DNA of 64,000 nucleotides from an uncultured virus (IMG/VR IMGVR_UViG_2643221868_000001) (Duplodnaviria; Heunggongvirae; Uroviricota; Caudoviricetes): IMG/VR virus record IMGVR_UViG_2643221868_000001, positions 1 to 64,000 of that record; one strand, 5' to 3'. Shown piece by piece: positions 59,446 to 64,000 of this stretch (position 1 is its first letter; each line of letters starts with the position of its first letter). The notes under the pieces were generated by a model. It saw only the letters and a program-made list of their open reading frames with translations, ran no database searches and was not told where the DNA came from. The position numbers and the translations under genes were made by a program.

Positions 59446-59724
59446 TTACCGGCGTTGTGCGTCGATCTCGTCGTCAGGCGTGAACCACCCAAGTTCAGCG
59501 GCTTCCAGCGCATCGTTGAGCATGTCGCCGAGCGAGACCGCCTTGGCTCTGGCGCCGGGCTCCGTGCTGTCGATCTCGGCCATCGTAGACCACCCGAAAG
59601 GGCCGCCGGAGATGGAGACGCTGATGGTGCGGGGATGCTCCACCGTCTCAAGCGCCACGACCTGAAGGCCCCGGATTTCGGCCCATTCGTGGATGAGACC
59701 GTGAGTGTGGCGGCTATCACTCAT
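59446..59724 (-). CDS. Conserved satellite protein, homologous to 41576..41854
   Basis: Shared motifs and synteny upstream of the HNH gene. Confidence 0.7.
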   Translation of the reverse strand: MSDSRHTHGLIHEWAEIRGLQVVALETVEHPRTISVSISGGPFGWSTMAEIDSTEPGARAKAVSLGDMLNDALEAAELGWFTPDDEIDAQRR

Positions 59725-60475
59725 CGTCGGTCGGCACCTTCGCGCGAGGCTGCGTCGGGATGTAAAGGGCGCGCCGCATATCGAGCGTCATGTCGTGACC
59801 GTCCGCGAGACCGGCGTGCGCTGCCTCGCGGGCCCGGAACCTCCGGTTCTCGTCCAAGGCTTCCTGCCGGCGCTTCTCGCTGAGATCCTCGGTCACATCC
59901 GCGTGCCCCATGGTTGGGCGGATTTCGTCGTGCCATCGGGCAACAGCAGCATCGCGCTCGGATTGCGTCGGCACCTGCTCCACGCTGGCGGACAGGCCGG
60001 CCTCGATTGACCCAAGCTCGCGCTGGAACGGGGCCGCGATCCGGTTGGCTTCAATCCGCAGCTCCGGTGGCTTGGGGGTGAAGCGAGGGTTGGCCCCGGC
60101 GATCGTGCCCTGCATCCAGTTGAGAAGCGCTTGGCGGATAGCCCAGAGCGGAAGGCCCATGAGCGACGCCACGAACATGCTGACCATCTCGTCGAGGTCG
60201 TCTGCCGTCATCTTGAGGTCCATGCCGGCCATGAACTTGAGGAGGGACGTCCGCACTTCCTCTTTGGTCGCCGGGATCAGCCCTAGCCGCAGGTCATCGG
60301 CCCGCGCCGTCAGCTGATTCCGCTCACTTTCGGTCGGAGCGGATCGGCTCGAGATCGAGTATCGACCTGGCCCCACCCATTCGGCCGCGCTCCGAAGGCG
60401 CGACACGATCCGGTCCACCTCCGGTGTGGGGTCGCCGATGGGCACCCTGATCGTCGAAGGGATCGTGGTTGTCAT
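59717..60475 (-). CDS. Replication accessory protein (helicase loader-like)
   Basis: Follows the initiator gene; LMGLPLWAIRQA..FTPKPPELR motif. Confidence 0.5.
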   Translation of the reverse strand: MTTTIPSTIRVPIGDPTPEVDRIVSRLRSAAEWVGPGRYSISSRSAPTESERNQLTARADDLRLGLIPATKEEVRTSLLKFMAGMDLKMTADDLDEMVSMFVASLMGLPLWAIRQALLNWMQGTIAGANPRFTPKPPELRIEANRIAAPFQRELGSIEAGLSASVEQVPTQSERDAAVARWHDEIRPTMGHADVTEDLSEKRRQEALDENRRFRAREAAHAGLADGHDMTLDMRRALYIPTQPRAKVPTDDE

Positions 60476-61298
60476 GAGCCTCACGCTCCATGCGGTCGCG
60501 CTTGAGCAGGGTGGTCGCCGCGTTGTCGGGGCGAGACCATTGGCGCGGCGCCGCACCGCGCGAGATGTCGGGGCGCGGCGCGGGCTCGTCCGCCCAATGG
60601 CCGCCGTTGAGCCAGGTCTTCGGGTGCTTCGTGTATTGGGGCTCTTCGTCGGTTCGCTCGGCTGCGTACCGCGCGACGCCCGCCATGAGATCGTCCAAGC
60701 TCGCCCGGCCGGCCTTCAGCACGCGGTCGAACACAGGCCGACACGCTTCCTTGCCGACCTTCCTCGGATAGAGGCTCCACCACCGGTCGAACGCCGTTGG
60801 CTCGATGACCGATAGAGTCCTCTTTCCCTTCCCTTGTTCTAACTTCCCATGTTCGGGTCTGGATTTCGGACCACCCCTAGTCTGGATTTCGGACGGGGGT
60901 GGTCCGGATTTCGGACTAGGGGGTGGTCCGAAATCTGTACTAGGGGGGTGGTCCGTATTTCGGACTACCCCCTGGTCTTCCGGGGCGCGGTCGAAGGCGA
61001 AGCTGTAGCGGTTTGAGACGTGGGACTGTGCGCCAGTGCGGCCGGGCACCTTCACCCGCTCGACTGAGATCCAGCCGCCCGCCTGCAGGTCGGAAATCGC
61101 CTTGATGACGGTGCTGCGCGCTGTCCCAACAGCCTGCGCCAGGGTGTCGTAGGAGGGCGAGCACTGCCCGGTCAGCGTGTTGTGGTGGTGTAGAAGGCGT
61201 GCCGCTACCGCCTTCGCAGCCGGCGAGAGCGCCGGGTCGCAGACGATGGCCTGAAGCAGCCGCCACTTGTGGAGGAGCGTGAGGGCTGGCGCGCTCAC
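60324..61298 (-). CDS. HTH replication initiator
   Basis: GQCSPSYDTLA..ARSTVIKAISDL..GWI winged HTH; FDRWWSLYPRKVGK and HPKTWLNGGHW; internal iterons. Confidence 0.8.
   Translation of the reverse strand: MSAPALTLLHKWRLLQAIVCDPALSPAAKAVAARLLHHHNTLTGQCSPSYDTLAQAVGTARSTVIKAISDLQAGGWISVERVKVPGRTGAQSHVSNRYSFAFDRAPEDQGVVRNTDHPPSTDFGPPPSPKSGPPPSEIQTRGGPKSRPEHGKLEQGKGKRTLSVIEPTAFDRWWSLYPRKVGKEACRPVFDRVLKAGRASLDDLMAGVARYAAERTDEEPQYTKHPKTWLNGGHWADEPAPRPDISRGAAPRQWSRPDNAATTLLKRDRMEREAHDNHDPFDDQGAHRRPHTGGGPDRVAPSERGRMGGARSILDLEPIRSDRK
60857..60965. repeat. Five 15-bp iterons (putative origin of Element 2)
   Basis: GTCYGGATTTCGGAC-like units at 60857, 60880, 60902, 60926 (inverted) and 60951. Confidence 0.75.
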
Positions 61299-61426
61299 GG
61301 CGTGCCGTTCCGGCCGCCGGGGTGAACCGGAGTCGCGAGAGTGCTCATGATGTGGGATCCTTGGGGGCGACCGGCCGTACCGCACGGCGAGTGGCCCAAA
61401 GGGCTGAAACCGATGCTTTGGAGCGC

Positions 61427-61660
61427 TTAGCGCACGCCGATGGTCGGCCGGCTCACCGGTGGCGCTGCCGTTCGAGCCGCCGTGGTCTTCGCATGTCGCG
61501 CCAGGATCGCGCCTTGTGCGGCCTCAAGCGAGCCGTGGAAGCCTACCCGGGTACCGTCTGACATGCGCCCCGCCCAGGAATTGCGGCCGAGCTCGAAGGC
61601 CCGCCCGACCACCGCATCGCCAGCGTAGACGGGGACGAACGGAGAGGAAGGCTTAGCCAC
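61427..61660 (-). CDS. Small conserved satellite protein
   Basis: Homologous to 46037..46267. Confidence 0.6.
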   Translation of the reverse strand: MAKPSSPFVPVYAGDAVVGRAFELGRNSWAGRMSDGTRVGFHGSLEAAQGAILARHAKTTAARTAAPPVSRPTIGVR

Positions 61661-61856
61661 GGTTCGGCCGCGTCGCTTCGGCGCGAGAGCGCATTTCGTC
61701 GTTGATTGCCGACCTGAGAGCACAGACGGTTCGGCCCAACTTGAACGATGGAATGAGCTTCTGAGCCACCCGGTGCTTGGCCTGCCCTCTGGTGATCCCT
61801 AGGTGCGCGGCGATGGCCTCAAGGCCGTAGAGTGTGTCTGCAGGTTCTATCTTCAT
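61653..61856 (-). CDS. Excisionase / AlpA-like HTH protein (Element 2)
   Basis: LYGLEAIAAHLGIT..IPSFKLGRTVCALRS; first gene inside the att end. Confidence 0.75.
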   Translation of the reverse strand: MKIEPADTLYGLEAIAAHLGITRGQAKHRVAQKLIPSFKLGRTVCALRSAINDEMRSRAEATRPNRG

Positions 61857-61867
61857 GGCTCGCCCTC

Positions 61868-61920
61868 ATGCGCAAATCGTGCGTAAAACATGCGCAACTG
61901 CCGCGCCGGCCATGCGCAGA
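61868..61920. repeat. Integrase arm-type repeats, Element 2 xis end
   Basis: RTGCGYA units at 61868, 61879, 61890 and 61912, matching 46908 and 46919. Confidence 0.65.
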
Positions 61921-62041
61921 CTTCATTGTCTTTTCAGGCACTTACCCAGCCATAGCCGGCCATCGTCAGCTGCATAGAAAAAGCCGCCAAAAGGCGGCTA
62001 AATCCTTGCTCTATATGAGCTTTTACCAGAAGGATGCTGAC

Positions 62042-63070
62042 ACGGGCCCAGTCTGTGTCGTTCAGGACGATACCGGTGGACGGGTAGAGAGCCAGCGTTG
62101 CCTGAAGGATGGCGAGGCGCAGGCGGTCGATCGGGGTTTCCGCGGTCGGCGTGAACGGCGCAGCATAGGCCGAGGCCTGCGGGATGATGCCGGTCAGGTT
62201 CTGGCCGGTGCCGTTGCCGTAGAGGATCTGCGCCTCCTCGACGAATTCGAGGCCGTAGCGTGCGCGGCCGTCGATGTAGGAGACCAGACCGGGGGCATCG
62301 TCGAGCAGCTGGCGCGAACCCTTGAAGATGTGGGCCAGCGTGCGGACGGGCGCCGACTTCAGGTCGAACGTCAGCTCGGACTGAGGCTTGCGGGCACCCT
62401 CGGCCACCATCGCCGCGGCGTTGGTGAAGCCGGTCTCCACCGGGTACTCGATGTTGTTCGACGAGGTCTGACCGGGGGTGATCAGGTCACGAACACGCAG
62501 CGGTCGATCCGGCAGGTTCACGATACCCTGGCGATCGGTGACGACGAGCGACGAGCTCGGAGAGACGCCGGTGCCGAGGGTGGCCGGGGCCGTCATGATG
62601 TTCTTCGTCTCGACGGTCGCGCGGATCTGGCCGCGATACTGCGAGCCCTGCTCCTTCACGCCCTTGAAGCCCTCGCTGTCGGCGAAGTGCTGACCGAGGC
62701 TCTTCGTCTCGGAGTTGCCGGGCCCCCCGCGACGAGCGCCCTTCTGCTCGACATCCGCGAGACGCGCGTCGAACTCGGAGACCTTGGCGTTCATCTCGGT
62801 GATGGCCTTGTCGGCCGCCGCCTTGGTCTCCTCGGTCATCTTGCCGAGGCTCTTCATTTCGCCCTCGGCCTTCTCGGCGAAGCGCTTCACCTCGTTGGTG
62901 GCCGCCTTGAGCCCGCCAGCGAGAGCCTTGAACTCGGCGTCGCCGGCGCCGCCCTGGGAGCCAGCGGCGGCTGCAGCGCCGCTGTCGGGCGGGGCGAGGT
63001 GGATGCGCGGGCCGATCTGGCACGCGAAGAGAACGGCCGCCGAAGCGCCGATGGAGGTCATGCGGGTCAT
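62042..63070 (-). pseudogene. Helper major capsid gene, N-terminal segment (aa 1-343), interrupted
   Basis: HK97 capsid motifs up to GIVLNDTDWAR, then 35 unrelated residues read from Element 2. Confidence 0.92.
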
Positions 63071-63090
63071 GTGGTCGATTCCTTGATGGA

Positions 63091-64000
63091 TCAGGGGAGC
63101 TTGAAGCCCGTCAGGGCGCTGCCGAGATCGGACAGTGCCGCCTTCGCTTCGGTTTCGGCCTGGTCGCGCCCCTCATCCCGAGGACTCGCCTTGAACAGCC
63201 GCGCGGCCATCGCGTCTGCCTGGGAATGCGAGAGACCCAACTCCTCCCGGAGCCAAGCCTTCACTTCCCGATCGTTGATCGCGCCTTTGGTCCAGCCGAT
63301 GAGGCCGTCCGGGGCGCGTGAACCTGTCAGGGCCTCGTAGGTGTCGCGGAGGGCGTCCATGAGGAGCGCGCCGTCCTTCGCCGACTGGCCGTAAAAGTAG
63401 GAGCCCATGAACCCGTCATGGATGCGGATCGCTTCTTCGAGGCGCGTCGCGGCCTTTGCCGTATCCGGATCGGTCAGGACGGACGCCTTCAACTCGGCTC
63501 GAGCGAGCCGCTTCATCTCCATGACGCGCGCCTGCGCATTCGATGGATCATCGACGAGACTGATCTCGCCGAGGTGGAGGGACTTCAGGGTGCGCTTCGG
63601 CTCTCCCGGCTTCTGGCCGTAGGTGGCGCCATTCTTCTTCACCCGGTAGCCGATGGAGAGACCGCCCAGGGCACCGTCCTTGACGAGCTCGTAGCGCATC
63701 CGGCCGGCATCGGTGTTCATGCCCGAGAGCTTTCCCTCGACACGGAGGCCCTTGTCGTCTTCCTCGACGTTGGTCCAGACACCGACAGGGACGCCGTCTC
63801 CGCCGTATACGCCGTGCATGACGTGCATCGGGACGCCGCGGCCTTGTGATTTCCGCTCGGCGAGCGACTCCTTGAAAGCGCCCGGCAGGATCACGTCGCC
63901 ATGGCTGTCGACATTGCCGAACATGGCGCCATAGCCGGAGAATACGCCCTCGGCGGCGTTCTCGGCGAACTTGAGCTCCAGCGGAGCAACGAAGACGTCA
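63091..64000 (-). CDS. Helper HK97-family prohead protease (5' end outside the window)
   Basis: APLELK..FSGYGAMFGNVDSHGD, GLSIGY and LGEISLVDDPSN; frame open to the window edge. Confidence 0.92.
   Translation of the reverse strand, partial: DVFVAPLELKFAENAAEGVFSGYGAMFGNVDSHGDVILPGAFKESLAERKSQGRGVPMHVMHGVYGGDGVPVGVWTNVEEDDKGLRVEGKLSGMNTDAGRMRYELVKDGALGGLSIGYRVKKNGATYGQKPGEPKRTLKSLHLGEISLVDDPSNAQARVMEMKRLARAELKASVLTDPDTAKAATRLEEAIRIHDGFMGSYFYGQSAKDGALLMDALRDTYEALTGSRAPDGLIGWTKGAINDREVKAWLREELGLSHSQADAMAARLFKASPRDEGRDQAETEAKAALSDLGSALTGFKLP

Larger units (their letters stand above)
46862..62050 (-). mobile_element. Element 2: integrative phage satellite (15181 bp between cores) inserted in the helper capsid gene
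   Basis: Direct repeat CGGGCCCA(R)TC at 46862-46872 and 62043-62053; integrase and xis-like gene at the ends; capsid frame continuous across the cores. Confidence 0.88.

Noticed and set aside
60857-60965. CRISPR-like array
   Set aside because: Repeats are 15 bp with 7-10 bp gaps inside a replication gene, and no cas genes are present; these are iterons.
61934-62041. C-terminal 35 aa of the 378-aa capsid ORF as a real capsid end
   Set aside because: Read-through into Element 2 att DNA; the true continuation is at 46872.
30788-62042. Capsid interruptions as introns or inteins
   Set aside because: The inserts are 15-16 kb multigene units bounded by direct repeats with tyrosine integrases; no intron RT or intein motifs were seen.
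61832-63340. Long + strand ORFs (502 aa here; also 55281..56519, 37762..38760, 13110..14231, 27245..28261)
   Set aside because: Antisense shadows of GC-rich real genes on the - strand; no recognisable motifs.

Overview
The whole window is phage-derived, GC-rich, and alphaproteobacterial in style (Methylobacterium-like by inference). Positions 1-8540 hold a + strand array of small early/accessory genes, including a PAPS-reductase-family and an HD-domain protein. From 64000 down to 8700 runs a - strand HK97/lambda-like siphovirus late operon: prohead protease, major capsid, head-tail joining, tail tube, frameshifted tail chaperone, tape measure, tail tip, SGNH tail spike, GH19-like endolysin and membrane proteins. 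The main result is that the helper major capsid gene is split into three in-frame pieces (63070-62043, 46869-46637, 30787-30692) by two related integrase-encoding elements. Element 1 spans 30774-46650 with a 14-bp core GTGATCATGTTCTT; Element 2 spans 46862-62050 with an 8-bp core CGGGCCCA. Removing both at their direct repeats restores a 444-aa capsid ORF. Each element carries a tyrosine integrase, an xis/AlpA-like gene, a replication module, an HNH nuclease, a cos-like site, its own HK97-type capsid gene, a C4-like antisense RNA and accessory or defence cargo. Neither has a portal or large terminase. Element 2 also carries paralogues of three helper tail-tip genes. This resembles helper-embedded satellites, but here two capsid-encoding elements sit in the same gene. 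All calls are by eye; no database search was run.
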